Assembly: GCF_009914755.1 (NCBI RefSeq)
Contig: NC_060935.1
Reading direction: 5' to 3' (one strand)
Length of the DNA stretch: 64,000 nucleotides
Source of the DNA: the human T2T-CHM13v2.0 reference genome, Homo sapiens
Below are positions 15,901-30,512 of the stretch, one piece after another. The translations under genes and the position numbers were made by a program. The notes under the pieces were generated by a model. The model searched no databases. It was not told where the DNA came from and saw only the letters and a list, made by a program, of their open reading frames with translations. Each line of letters opens with the position of its first letter. The first letter of the stretch is position 1.

Positions 15901-16664
15901 ACCTCGTTGTTGTTGTTGGCAGACTTGCTGAGAGGACGGTGGCTGCACCCCCACACCTTGTCCTGGTTCCCCTCTCATCACCCCTTCCTCCAGCTGCTGT
16001 TTCTAAGCCCCAGCTTCCTGACCCCTGCTCTGGACCCTTGTCTGACAGCCCCCAGAGGGACTCATCATGTCCTTAATTGCAATTCTCTTGCTCAGCAAAG
16101 CCATCAGCACCTAATGTCCCATGTCATTGCTGGTTCTCTGTCTGCAGACACCTTGCTCCTCCTCGGAGCTGCTCAGCCACCCAGGGCAATGCCATCTGGC
16201 CAGGAAAGGCCATGGCACGGAGCAGTGCCAGGACCTTCTGGGGATGCATTGGTGACAATTTGCTTACAAATAATTTAATATCAGAGGGCAGAAGACTTCA
16301 TGACTCTATCCCTGGCTCTTTCTGCCACTATGAACCTCCACCCTATCTTCTCCTTGAAATCACAGAGGTACCACTTCTCTCTAACACCAAGGCGTCCCCA
16401 TCTCCTGCTGAGCTGGCCCCAAACCCAGTGAAGAACTGCAGTCCCCCCGCCTGACTTGGCTCTGATGCCCTTGTTGAGTTTTTAAGGTGGGGCCCAGCAA
16501 AAAGCCAGAGCTGGGGAAGGGGAACTTGAAGGAAGACTTGGAACCCAGCAGAGACCAGGATCAAGGGAGAACTTATCCCAGGGGTCTGCGTTCCCATTCT
16601 CTGGGTCCCAGTGCAGGGCCCCCTACCCTGGGCAGAACCTCTGCTAATCCAGTCAAGCCACTGC

Positions 16665-17188
16665 TGAAGCCGTTCTCACAGGGTGAACAAGAATTCTGGA
16701 CAGAAATATGGTGATAAGCATTAATCAGGCTGCACTTTGACCCACTCCTTTGTAACCGACAGTCACGTAGAACTTGACACTGGCCATTTGCATCCCAGTT
16801 GTTCCTATAGATAAGATATCTGGTGTTAGAGTCATAAGACTTTTGTTTAAGAATTACTTAAGCAGATCCTGAATTCCAGTGAAACACCTGACACCAATCA
16901 TTTTGAAGACCCCTAAAGAGGAACCGAGTCCGGGTGAGAACACAGTTTCTTCATCTCCCTGTCCCATAACTTCACCCTGTACTCGAATCAATCGACAATC
17001 TCCACACTCTGGCCCCCTCCAAAACCATTCAAAACCCTAGCCCCAGACTCCTTGGGGAGACGGATTTGAGGTTTCCTTCTGTCTCCTTGTTTGGTGGCCC
17101 TACAATTAAACCCTTTCTCTGATGTAACCTGGTGTTTCAGCATATTGACTTGTCATGCACAATGGGCAACAAACCTCTTACGGTTACA
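16665..17188 (+). mobile_element. ERV1 solo LTR (LTR45/LTR26-group-like), 524 bp
   Basis: TGAAGCCG...CGGTTACA ends; perfect 4-bp TSD ctgc; ATTAAA poly(A) signal near 17105. Confidence 0.85.
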
Positions 17189-18189
17189 CTGCTGCCCCTC
17201 CTCCCAGCCTCAGCACCCAGGGGCACCCAGGATCACAGGGAGCAGCTTCCTCAGGAGTCCACACCCAGCCCTGGCCTGAGAGTGGCTTGCTTAGGCTGCC
17301 TGCCCCCCACCCCCAGGATGAGGCCGAAAGTATGTGGGCAGTTCTAGCAGCCAGCCCAGTCGAGTCCAGGACAACAGACTTGTTCCCAGGGAGCCCAGAG
17401 ACACCCCAGGTTCAAAAGAGAGCTCAAAGAGAGGCCCTCCAGGGGAGCAGGAGCCCTGCTGGCTGCAATCCTGGTCCCCCCCAACTCCAGTACCTCCATG
17501 TCCAGCCATGTTCCGGCCACCTCCACTCCCAGGCTTGTGGGAGATTTGTCTTTCTTACCATGAGCCCAGGAGGAGATAGAGACCCCGTTGCTGGTTTCTC
17601 TCAGTACTGCTGGGATCTGCTGGCATTCTCACAAAGAACTTCCATAAATACTAAGGGGGAACAAAAGGGAAGTAATTACAGCAAATACAAACAGCATGAA
17701 AATAGTCAAGTTTTTAAAGTACCGGTTTCCCAGCCTCAGACAACCACCCTGGAGCCCCGGGGGCTGGTCTGCCTTCCCAGCGGGCCCTGTGCCAATGCTC
17801 CCACCTTCCCGGACTCGCCTGGTGCTGCCCATCAGGATCTTGGCACCTGCAGGTCTGGGGGCCAGGCTGAAGCCCCCACCTTTCATTTCTAGTTTTCCAC
17901 GTGAGGATTTGCCTCACCACAGCTGGCCACTGGAGCTGCAGCATCTGACACACTGAATAACTCACCTTTCAGGTGCACGCGAAGGCCTCAACCATCTGGA
18001 GAACACCTGCTGCAACAGGTAACACCCCCGTGTCCAGGCCCAAGGCCTTGTCCATTGCACACCCACAGCCCAGCCCTGTTTTCACTACCCTGATGGACAA
18101 TTGTTGGAGTTAACTCTCCAACTATCCACGAACCCTGATCCATCCTGCTCACACACAGCAGTGAGCACATCGAAGCCATTTGTTCAATG

Positions 18190-18580
18190 TGACCCAACCC
18201 CCTGAATTGATGCTGGCTGGATTAGGAAAAGCACCTGAGCCAAGCTGGACCCATGAGAATTCAGTCTTTGGGGCACTGGAGTCAGGGCGCAGGGACAGTC
18301 TCTTCAGAGAGTTCTCTGTCTATTCCACATACATTTGGGAGCTGTGGGTGGTCATCTTGGGTCATGAGGTCTGCCCACAGAAAAAAATGAAGCAGGTGTG
18401 CAGGAGAGATGGTGACCTGGAATTCCCAGGGCCTGGTGGCTTTGCTGTCCTCAATCCTTCCTTGCTGAGGCTCCACCACACTCCTGCCTTTAGCTTCTAC
18501 AAGACACTCCTAAGTTCTTTCAGTAAATTGCCTCTTTGGGCTGAAATGCTAGTTTGAGTGGGTGTCTGTAACTTGCAACC
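18190..18580 (+). mobile_element. Old MaLR LTR (MLT1K-like) fragment
   Basis: 'cacctgagccaagctggaccca' and 3' 'gctagtttgagtgggtgtctgtaacttgcaac'. Confidence 0.45.
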
Positions 18581-20836
18581 CCAGGATCTCAACCCCTCGC
18601 CACACTGTAAGTGATAAAAACATAGTGTAGTTGGGGCCCCAAGAGGACCAAAGCTAGGCACTTGCTGGGGACTTGCAGGAGGAACTGAGAAGGCCCTTGG
18701 AAACAGGTGAGAGAATGGAGGGACACCAGGTATATCTCTCCCTGGTAGGGGAGCTGTTGGGGTGGGGACCCCGGAGAGCTCATGAATGGGGCAGGTCTAG
18801 CAAAGGAGAGACCCTTTAGAGCACTGCTTCTCCTGTAGAATCAATGTCAACTTGTCAGTAAACGGACTGCTGATGCAGCAGGATCTTTAAGCCCAAGTCC
18901 CCACACTCTTTCCAGCATCCCACCTTCTGGCCAGACCCCCACTCCCACCCCCTGCCTCCATGGCTGTGTAATGCACCAGACTAGGAGTCTGAGACCCGAG
19001 TTTGAGCCCCAGTTCAGCCACTGATGGGCTGTGTGAGTTTGGGCAAGTAACCCCACCTCCCTGGGCCTTGGCCCCCTTATCCAAAACGTGGCCGCCATAA
19101 TCTCCTTCTATTTTGCATGGCTCCTTCGAATTCTCCCTCCCTTCTCCGGTCCCTTCCTCCTTTGCCCCTTCCTCCTTTGCCCCTTCCTTCTGCTTGGCAC
19201 TTGCCTGCCCAGCAAGCCTCCCCTTCTGATCCATGCAGTTCAGTGCACTCCCACCCGCTTCCTACAGCTCAGGAAACTGTGAGGGCCAGGCACTGGTGTG
19301 TACGGTGCCTTTGAATCTTACTTTAGGTTAAGATGCTCACCCGGTCTCCCCTTTCAGAAGGAGACCCTCTGAGGGCAGAGATCTGGTCCTCTTCTCCTTC
19401 TTCTAGACCGCTCAGTGTGCCTGGAACAGGGCTGAGCCCACAGCAGGGTGCCTGGATGAGCCCTGCCCTGCCGGCCTGTTCCCTGACCTTTCCTCCAGCC
19501 CTTTCCCTTCCCCACCCCTGGCAGGGAGGATGCTCCAGAGCCCGCAGTCCAAACTAAGCCAGAGTTGGGGGTCCCCAGCCTCTCCAGAAAGCCAGCTCCA
19601 GCCATGGGAGGGGGCATTGCTGGCTGTTTCTTCCCCACAGGCCTGCTCTCCTCACCCCTGCACCCTTCTGTCTGGAGGGGAGGCAGTGTGCCTCACCTGA
19701 GCCAGTCACCACAGCCCCAGTGCAGCTGGCTCCTTCCCTTCCTCTCCCGCTCCCTGGCATGGACCAGCACACCGTTCTTCTCCCACCGCCCATCCTCAGT
19801 TGCCCCTCGCCTCCCCCCACCGCCTTCTGTTCCCATGCTGGCGTGTCTCCCCCCCAGGCAGCTGGGAGCAGGGCGCCTTCGATTTCTCTATTCAGTCTGA
19901 GGCGTAGCAATTTTCTGCTCTCCCATAATTAGGGGAATTTTAAGCAAACTCCCCGACGGATGATTACAGCAGGTTCAATCCTGGCTCCTTTGATCAGGGA
20001 AGAATGAGGACGTTGTTGGAATATTCCTCAACCTGCTGGCCAGACAGGCTCTGCGGCGCACGCCCGGCTCTCGGGCTCCCCCTGGAGGGCTTTGAACTTG
20101 TGTCCTGGCGTCTGAGTGTCCCTGGGTGCTGGAGTCTCCCCAGGAGAGGACTGGGTCCAAATTCTGCTTCATGAAGGATTATCCCAGAGGTAGCTTCTCT
20201 AGCTTTGGGCCAATATCTGGGCTCAGAGCCAGAGTTGGAAGTGGTCTCTTGGGTAGGAAGGAAAGTTAAAGGGTCATGTAGGGCAGTCTCCCAGGGCTGC
20301 TGTGAATGGCCGTGCAGGCCATACACTGTGCCCTCTAGGGGACATTATTCTCCCTGTAGCTTGTGTGAATGGGACTCCTAGGGTTTGTGCAATGTCCAGC
20401 CTGCACAACACAACTGACAGCTTGAACCGCTTGAATGACTCCACTTTTCTAAAACGGCAGAAGAGCCTCCTCCTTAGGGTTGAAAGGGGCTCTCCTCTGT
20501 TTAGTCCATTTCCCTCGCCTGTTGTGCCTGCCCAAGGCAGTGTGGAAGAGAGAAAAAAGCATGGCCTTTGCAGCCACAGCCTAGAGGGGAATTCCAGTGT
20601 GAATGTTTCCTGGCCGTGTAACCTTGGGTTAGTTAATGAACCTCCCTGAACTTTAATATCAATCTTAAAGGACTGTTTTGAAGATTAAGTAAGAGATGGA
20701 CTAAAACATTGCTTGGCCCTTATGAGTCCTCAATAAATATCACTCCCCTCTCCTTTCCCTGCCCACGTCACACTTTCCTCTTAAACATTTCATCTTCCCA
20801 GACAAACCCTTTCTCCTCTGTCTGCCCCAGTCCTGA

Positions 20837-21190
<354 letters not shown>

Positions 21191-21880
21191 CAGACTGGGT
21201 ATATTAATAGGCTGCTAATGTCTCTGGCATCCCCGAGCAGTGGTCCTGGCTTTTCCATAGGTTAATTAGGCCATATTTCAGGATAATTACGACTGTATAT
21301 TCCTACACTAATTAAGTGGCTCTAAACCCTCTCCAGAATGCAGCTCTGTGAATCATAATTAAGCCTTACCACCAAGTTCCTCTGCCAGCCACGGAGCCCG
21401 GCGAGCAGCCTGTTGTCCCCACTCCCAGTCACGGGAAAGGCTGTGTCTGAACCATGGATTTGAAAAGGACCTATTTTCCCGGGATCAGGTCGAGATGATT
21501 CCCAATGAACATTGGATGAGGCTTTGCCCTGTTCCTCTTTTGTTTTCACAAGGAGAGAGAGGAATAGAAATACAGTGTTGATACAGGTTTATCTCCTTCT
21601 TCTCCCCGCTCTGTTGAGTAGATGTAAATGGATTCCCAGGGGATGCAGGTGGTCGGGGATGAGAAGGTGATGCATGCATGCCTAGGCATAGGGGTGCGTG
21701 TGTCAGACTTTGGTGAGTGTACGTGAGAATGTGTGTGCTATAGCTATTGTTCACTAGGGACTTATGTCTAATATTAGCCAGCCAAGTTCATGACTACCCA
21801 ACAATGAAAACGCGTGTACCAGAAAACACCTGTTGGAGAGGGCTACATAGATCTTCTCATTCCCAGTTTTGTTCTTTAAT

Positions 21881-22564
<684 letters not shown>

Positions 22565-22654
22565 TGTTTTGTCCTTAATGGACCTTGCAAATTAGGCTGT
22601 GCACAACCTGGTGTTGGCCAGCCCTTCTGGCTAATGTCAGGATTAGCCTGAATT

Positions 22655-22815
22655 ATGGAGTTGTCAGAAGATCCAATTTTGAGTCTTGGCTCTACCACTT
22701 GCTGATTATGTTACCTTAAGGAAGTCATTTGGCCTCCTGAGCCTTAGCTTCTTATCTGGAAAATGAAAATATTACCAACTATCTCACAGAACTCCTGAGA
22801 AAATTAAATAAGACA
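22655..22815 (+). mobile_element. MIR SINE
   Basis: 'cttggctctaccacttgctg...accttaaggaagtcattt...tctggaaaatgaaaat'. Confidence 0.7.
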
Positions 22816-24208
22816 TGAGGATGGAGCCAGTGACCCCATGTGAGAAGGCAGTGAGTTCTGAGCTCTTCTTTCAGCCATGGAGAGGGGGCTCACGTGGAAA
22901 GGGCCACACTCCCTTCCGGGTCCTCTATCTGGTGGCTCTTAGTCCTGGTGTGTTCCATCTGTGTTCATGGGCCACAGAGGAACAGAATCCAGGACGTCAT
23001 TGCAGTAGCACCAGCGTTCACCACTAGGACTCACTGGGATGCATGTGTTCTCCTTAATGAGGGAAAACACGAAGCCCCTCTCATCTTGTACTGCAGGAGC
23101 TTGGAAAGGTCACCATGGGTCAGGACAGCAGATGGAGGATGGATATGAAGATGTCTGGAAAGGGTTTCTGAATCAACAATGCACGGACCTCGATCCCTGG
23201 CTTGCAGTCCTTAAAACCCCTGGCCTCCCTGCCCTTGAAAGCATCTTCATTCCCCCACCCTGATCCCTGTAGTCCCACCTTCCCCGCCGTTCTGGGGCCA
23301 GCAGCCCAGGCAGCAAAGAGGAAACAGCGGAGACATGTCCTCTTTCTTGCTGTCTTTCTGTGAAGAGATGGCCACAGGCACTCTAAGACACTAATCAAAT
23401 AAGGACAGGTGACAATACACCAACATCTGTGGAAGCCAAGGAGACACTCGGCTGTCCTCAGTAACAGGACAGGGAAGGGAGGCAGCATTTATTTAACCTG
23501 GTTGTCACACACCGCCCCTGGCTTCTTTGACAAGAGAGCACTGTGTGAAGACACAGATAAGCTCTGCTGGAAAATTGACAGCAATGAAGGAGGCCCCAGC
23601 CTCTTCACTTCTGTGGCCTGTGGATTACGGCTGTGTTCAAATAGAGGGAGGTGAGAGGCACTCGCAGCTTCCCTGAAACACAATCTGTAGGTGCAGGGGA
23701 ATGAGCCTTGTTCTCTGTAAGGAGGGAGGGAAAGCCCACCCTGGGCTAGCAGGAGATCAGAGCTCGGAGGATGGTCCTAGCTGACTATTGATGGAGAAGG
23801 GAACTTGCTTTCTTGGTAGAGATGCGGAGCAGATCCAAGGTGGACTTTCTACTGTTTGTGCTGAGGGAAGTGAGAAAGGGTGGAGCAGAAGGCAGAGGCT
23901 CAGCACATAGGAGTGGTGAGTGAGCTGGTCACGGTGAGCCTGCACAGCCAAACTGTGCCCATAGAGCTCCCTGGCAGCACAAACAAAGCTTGTAAGAGAT
24001 CTCAGCCGAGGAGGAGTCTATTGAAGTGGGAGGCTGGGCAAGAGATGGGGGGGAGGCAACAGAGCAGAGCCACAGAGGCCAGGCTAGGGAAACAGATCCT
24101 CTTGCATGTGGATCTCACACTCACTTCTTGTGCACAGGAAAGCATGCACAATGCCTGTTTACACACTTGTGCATGCCCATATGTGTACAAACATCTGTGC
24201 ATGCACAC

Positions 24209-24925
24209 TGCTATGGTGGTATTGTTTATTTTTTGAGGTAGGGTCTCACTGTGTTGACAGGGCTGGAGTGCAGTAGTGCAATTATGGCTCACTGCAGCCT
24301 CGATCTCCTGGGCTCAGGGAATGCTCCTACTTCAGCCTCCTGAGTAGCTGGAACTATAGGCATGCACCACCATGCCCAGCTAATTGTTTTATTTTTATTT
24401 TGTAGAGACAGGGTCTTGCTACATTGCTCAGGCTGCTCTCAAACTCCTGGACGCAAGTGATCCTCCCACCTTGACCTCTCAAAGTGTTGGGATTACAGGC
24501 ATGAGCCACTGTACCCAGCCATGGTTTGATTATATGAGCCCTCTAAATCTTATGTTGAAATCTAATCCCCAATATTGGAGGTGGGGCCTGGTGAGAGGTG
24601 TTTGTGTTGTGGGGTTGGAACCTTCAGCACCGTTCTTATGGGAGTGAATGAGTTTCCACTCTTAGTTTCACACAGGATTGTTGGGAAGAGCCTGGCACCT
24701 CCTCCCCTCTCTCTGTTGCTTTCTCTCTTGCCATGTGACCTACACATATGTCTCTGTTTGTCTTCTGCCACGAGTGGAAGCTTCCCAAACCCCTCACCAG
24801 AAGCAGATGCTTTGGTGCCATGCTTCTTGTACAGCCTGCAGAACCATGAACCAAAGAAATTTCTTTTCCTTATAAGTTACCCAGTCTTAGGTATTCCTTT
24901 ATAGCAATGCAAATGGATTAAGACA
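24209..24925 (+). mobile_element. MSTB-like MaLR solo LTR (Alu inserted after its first ~9 bp)
   Basis: 'tgctatggt' | Alu | 'atggtttga...aaatcttatgttgaaa...ggaggtggggcctgg...tatagcaatgcaaatggattaagaca'. Confidence 0.88.
24222..24520 (-). mobile_element. AluJ
   Basis: J-type 'ggctcactgcagcctcgatctcctgggctca'. Confidence 0.92.
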
Positions 24926-25075
24926 CAGACCTGGTGTTATGACTGAATGTTAATCCCCGCCCCCATGAATTCCTGTGTTGAAGCTCTCACCCACAATGTG
25001 ATGGCATTTGGAGATGGGGCCTTTGGGAGGTGACTAGGGTTAGATGAGGTCATGAGTGTAGGGCACTCATGATGA

Positions 25076-25468
25076 TGAAACCAGCCCAATTTCCCCATAA
25101 AACTGAAGCTTGAGAAACTTACATTTGTTTTATTTGAGTTCCTTTCTCAGGAAACTGTTAGTCCTGCAAGACACTATCAAGAAAATAAAACAGGCTGGTG
25201 CGGTGGCCCACACCTGTAATCCCAGCATTTTCAGGGGCTGAGGCAGGAGGATTGCTTTAGACCAGGAGTTCAAGACCAGCCTGGGTAACATAATAAGACC
25301 TTGTCTCTTAAAAAAAAAATTAGCCTGGTGTGGTGGCACATGCCTGCAGTCCCAGATACTCAGGAGGCTGGGGTGGGAAGATCACTTGGGCCTGGGAGGT
25401 TGAGGCTGCAGTGATCTATGATTGCACCACTGTACTCCAGCTTGGGTGAAAGAGCAAGACCCTGTCTC

Positions 25469-25499
<31 letters not shown>

Positions 25500-25876
25500 A
25501 AAAGAAATGAACAAACAAACAGACTTCCCAGACCACCACATCCAATGAGACACACCTGCTGCCCATTGATCAATGCCTCTTCCTTACCCCTCCCTAATTC
25601 CTGTTTTCCTGCATGTGGTTACAATGGGACACCAGACCCTTCATCTGACAGCCTGCTGCCTATTGATCAACTCCTCTTCCTTACCACTCCCTAAGTCTCC
25701 GCTATATAAGCCCCTAACTTTAGTCAGTTAGGAAGACAGATTTGAGACTAGTCTCCCATCTCCCTGCTGATGTCACCTGCCTTAAAGTGTTCTTCCCGAG
25801 CAACACTTGTGTCAGTGATTGGCTTTCTGTGCAGCGAGCAACTGGACCTACGTCAAACCCCTGGCATTCAGCAAGA
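25076..25876 (+). mobile_element. LTR47-like ERV solo LTR, split by AluJ
   Basis: 'tgaaaccagcccaat...aagcttgagaaacttacatttgttttatttgagttcc...gtgattggctttctgtgcagcgagca'; TSD atga/atgg. Confidence 0.82.
25193..25505 (+). mobile_element. AluJ
   Basis: Full dimer, long poly(A) 25469-25497. Confidence 0.93.
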
Positions 25877-26585
25877 ATGGGATTAGGGCTCTTATAAGAA
25901 GAGGCACAGAGAGCTGCCTTTCTTTCTCTCTCATCCTGCACATGCACTGAGGAAAGGCCATTTGAGCACATAGCAGGAAGGTGGTGTCTGCAAGCCAGGA
26001 AGAGGGCCCTCACCAGAACCCAGCCATGCTGGCACCCTGATCTAGACTTCCAGTCTCCAGAGTGTAAGAAAGTCCATTTCTGTTGGATAAGCCCCTGAGT
26101 CTATGGTATTGTGCTATGGCAGCCCTAGCAGACCAAGGCACCCATGTAAGCACACATGCATTAATGTGAGGGAGCAGAAGACATCCTGGCTGGAGCACTC
26201 ATTCAAGGCCGCAGTATAGCCTTCCACACAGTTCACCTTGCTGAGCCTAGGTGTCTCCTTCTCCTCAGGGGGTTCACACTCCCTTCCTTGCTTACTTCAA
26301 AGAGCTGCCAGGATAATGAAACAGAAGAAAGATGGGAAGGCTCTCTGCAGACGGTAGATCTGCTGCAGCCCTGAGGCCCACTGAGGGCTCTATTGTGGTT
26401 CTCCCCAGGCCTATCCTGACCAGGGGCCAGGGCACTGGTGGCAGCTCCCTGTGCCTCCTCCAACAACCTCCACCAGGTGGGGAGGAGGATGAGGCCTGGG
26501 AATCCTTGCTGTCTCCTCCTTTGCCCTTGTCAGAGCCATGGGGGATGGGAAAGGAGCTCTGAGGTAGCCACTGTGCTTCTCCAGC

Positions 26586-26700
26586 TCAGCCCCACTAACC
26601 CACACAGCCCAGCACCCCCAACCCACACAACCCAGCACTCCCAACCCACACAGCCCAGCACCCCTAACCCACAGAACCCAGCATCCCCAGCCCACACAGC
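26586..26700. repeat. Minisatellite, 5 x 23 bp (ccagcacccc(c/t)aacccacacagc-like)
   Basis: Five consecutive 23-bp units read directly. Confidence 0.9.
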
Positions 26701-27294
26701 CATGGCTGTCCAGGGGTGCAGTGCTGGCCTTCTCTGTCTGAAGGGCTATGAGGGACAAGACCAGGAAAGACCAGAGGACCCAGAAGCTCCCCACCCAGAG
26801 AGAGCACCTAGAAACAGACTAGGAGGGCTGGGTTCTGCTCTGATCACAGCCTCTCCACTGCAGAGGACCCAGGAACCAGGTGTCCCTCTGGATGTGGGGC
26901 AAGAGGGCCATGGAGCTGGTGGGCTTGGGAGCTGATTTGCCTTTGTGTGTCCTGAGCATATGGAATTGGGGTGAGGGGTCAGATGGACCCTCATCATGGC
27001 GAAGGGGGGCCCGCGAGTAGGGGTGGACTGAAGCTTTGCCTCCAGCTTCCTAATGAAAGGAGGCCTTTTGGAGTCCCCTCCTGACCACTGAGTGCTGTAA
27101 GAAGGAGAGAAATGGGGAAGGGCGGAGAGGAAGACTCGGTGTCTCTGCCCTTTCAGTGGGCATGCCGGGCACTGGCCCTCTGAGGTGATGTCATGGAGCC
27201 CTGCCAGCTCCAGAGACAAATATCCAGATGTACCACGTGCAAGAGAAGCAGAGAGATGGGTACCTCTTCCTTCCTCTCACTTCGTATTTGTCAC

Positions 27295-27500
27295 AAACAT
27301 AGGCTCTGGAGTCACACAGACTCAGATCCAATCTGGACTCCACTACGCTCTAGCCCTGCCACCCTGCCACCTCAGCTCCCTAAGTCTCAGGCTGCTCATC
27401 TCATCTGTGACATGAGTATAACCGTAATGTCTACATTACACAGAGTTGTGTAAATGAAATAAGGTGGTGCATGTAAGATGCTCACAGAGGGCCCAGCCTG
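27295..27500 (+). mobile_element. MIR SINE
   Basis: 'aggctctggagtcacacagac...ctcatctgtgacatgagtataa...aaatgaaataag'. Confidence 0.65.
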
Positions 27501-27599
27501 TGATTACCCTGAATGGACATGAACAGTGGCTCTCTCATTACCTTGCATTCCCTCCCGTCTGTAACTGCAGCTTAGGGCAGCCTCCCCTAAGTAGTTTCC

Positions 27600-27900
27600 T
27601 ACAGTGGTAACTGCTGTGTGTAAAGAAAGCAAAGATGGTAATGCTGAGTGAGCAGAGGGTTGACTGCTGTAGACAAAGTGGTCAGGGATGGGCCCTTTGA
27701 GGAGGTAACATTTGAACTGAGCCTGGAATGACGAGAACTGAGCCTTGATTTTTGTCAGCAATACAAAAATTGGCAGAGATTGGAAGGGTGGAGAGGTACG
27801 AGGTCACTTCAGGCGCCGGGAACAGCAAGTGGAAGAGCCCTATGTGGGGAGCAAGCTTATCATCTTTAAGGTGCTGGGAGAGGGCCAGCATGGCTGGGGC
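27600..27900 (-). mobile_element. L2 fragment
   Basis: 'gtggtcagggatgggccctttgaggaggtaacatttgaactgagcctggaatga'. Confidence 0.6.
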
Positions 27901-28215
27901 ATCATAGATGCGGAGGAGAGTGATGAGAGTGCTGGAGACTTATTCAGGGCCCAAGTGCCTCCAGGACCCAGGATAGGGCCTGGCACAGAGAAGAAAAGGA
28001 ATCAATGTTCTTGAATGAGGCAATGAGGTAAGGAGGGAATGGGGCAATGGCTCCTGGAGCTCAGGTCCTGGAAATAACATTTCCCTAGCCCTCTTGACTT
28101 CCTCAGCTGTGGCACAGAGACCAGCGGGGTTGGGGACTCAGATCTGGGAAATGTTCATTTCAACTAAATCTAATTATGTGGATATGAGGTTAAATTAGAG
28201 TCAAGAAGCTCTCCT

Positions 28216-28826
<611 letters not shown>

Positions 28827-29542
28827 AAGAATCTCTCCCAGGGATAGAGAGAAAGAATATTGAAAAATTAAGAGATGTGGAGGCCAGGAAGGAGAAGGCT
28901 AATAAATACTTATATGTGTCTATAATGAGTCTCTGAAACAGATGAAAGAGTACACAAAAAGGAGAAAATATTTTAAGAAAGTGACTTAACATTTTCCAGA
29001 ACTAAAGAAACATATAAGCCCTCAGACAGAAGGTATTAAAGGAGTACTGAACCAGATAGAAAAGGAAAAAGACCTTACATATAGACACATTAGAGTGAAT
29101 TTCTTAAAAATTTTTAATAGATTTTATTTTTTAGAGCAATTTTAGGTTCATGGCAAAAGTGAGCAGAGTTCCCATATACCCCCTGCCCTCCTCACCTGGT
29201 ACCACTATCAGCGTCCCAGCACCAGAGTGGTCTATTTTTTACAACACACAACTATCGTCAAAAATCCATAGTTCGCATTATGGTTCAGTGTTGGTGCTGT
29301 CCATTCTATGGGTTTGGACAACTGTATAATGACATATATCCATCACTGAAGCATCACAGAACAATTCCACTGTCCCCCAGATATTCTGTGCTCTGTCTGT
29401 TCATTCCTTCCTCTACCCTAACCACTGGCAACCACTGATCTTTTTGCTGTCTCCACAGTTTTGCCTTTTCAAGAATGCCTTCTTGAAAGAAACATCTCCT
29501 ATGTTATGTAGCCTTTTCAGATTGGCTTATTCCACTTAGTAA

Positions 29543-29853
<311 letters not shown>

Positions 29854-30512
29854 TCATGGCTCATTTCTTTTTAGCACTGAATGATATTCCATTGTCAGGA
29901 TGTACCACAGTTTGTTTATCCATTCACCTACTGAAGGACATTTTGGTTGCTTCTAAGTTTTACCAGTTATGAATGAAGCTGCTATAAACATCTGTGTACA
30001 GATTTTTTTGTGGACATAAGTTTTCACCTCCTTTGGGTAAATACCAAAGAGTGGGCTTGCTGGATTTTACGATAAGAGTATGTTTAATTTGTAAGAAACC
30101 ACCTAACTGTCTTCCACAGTGACTGTTCTATTTTTGCCTCCCCACCAGCAATGAATGAGAGCTCTCATTACCCCTGCTTTCACCAGCATTTTGTGGTGTC
30201 CGTGTTTTGGATTTGGTCATTCTAATAGGTGTGTAATGATATGTCATTATTGTTTTAATTTGCAACTTCCTCATGACATCTGACGCTAAGCATCTTTCAA
30301 TATGCTTATTTGCCATCTGTGTATCTTCTTTGCTGAGGTGTCTAGATCTTTTGCCTATTTTTTAATCGGGTTGTTTTCTTATTGTTGTGTTTTTTTGGAA
30401 TTCTTTGTATATTTTGGATAGTAGTCCTTTATCAGATATGTCTTTTGCAAATATTTTCTCCCAGTCTGTGTCTTGTCTTCTCATTCTCTTGACAGTGTCT
30501 TTTGCAGAGCAG

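Larger units (their letters stand above)
24935..26140 (+). mobile_element. MLT1A-like MaLR LTR split by LTR47
   Basis: 'tgttatgactgaatgtt...ggggcctttgggagg...catgatga' resumes 'atgggattagggctcttataagaa...gcagaccaaggca'. Confidence 0.85.

Noticed and set aside
17155-17892. 245-aa ORF
   Set aside because: Non-ATG start in the LTR end, no recognisable domain; consistent with a chance ORF in GC-rich DNA
19150-19195. 15-bp repeat cccttcctcctttgc x ~3
   Set aside because: Short low-complexity slippage repeat with no further signal
26586-26700. CRISPR-like array
   Set aside because: Tandem units without unique spacers, no cas genes, eukaryotic context
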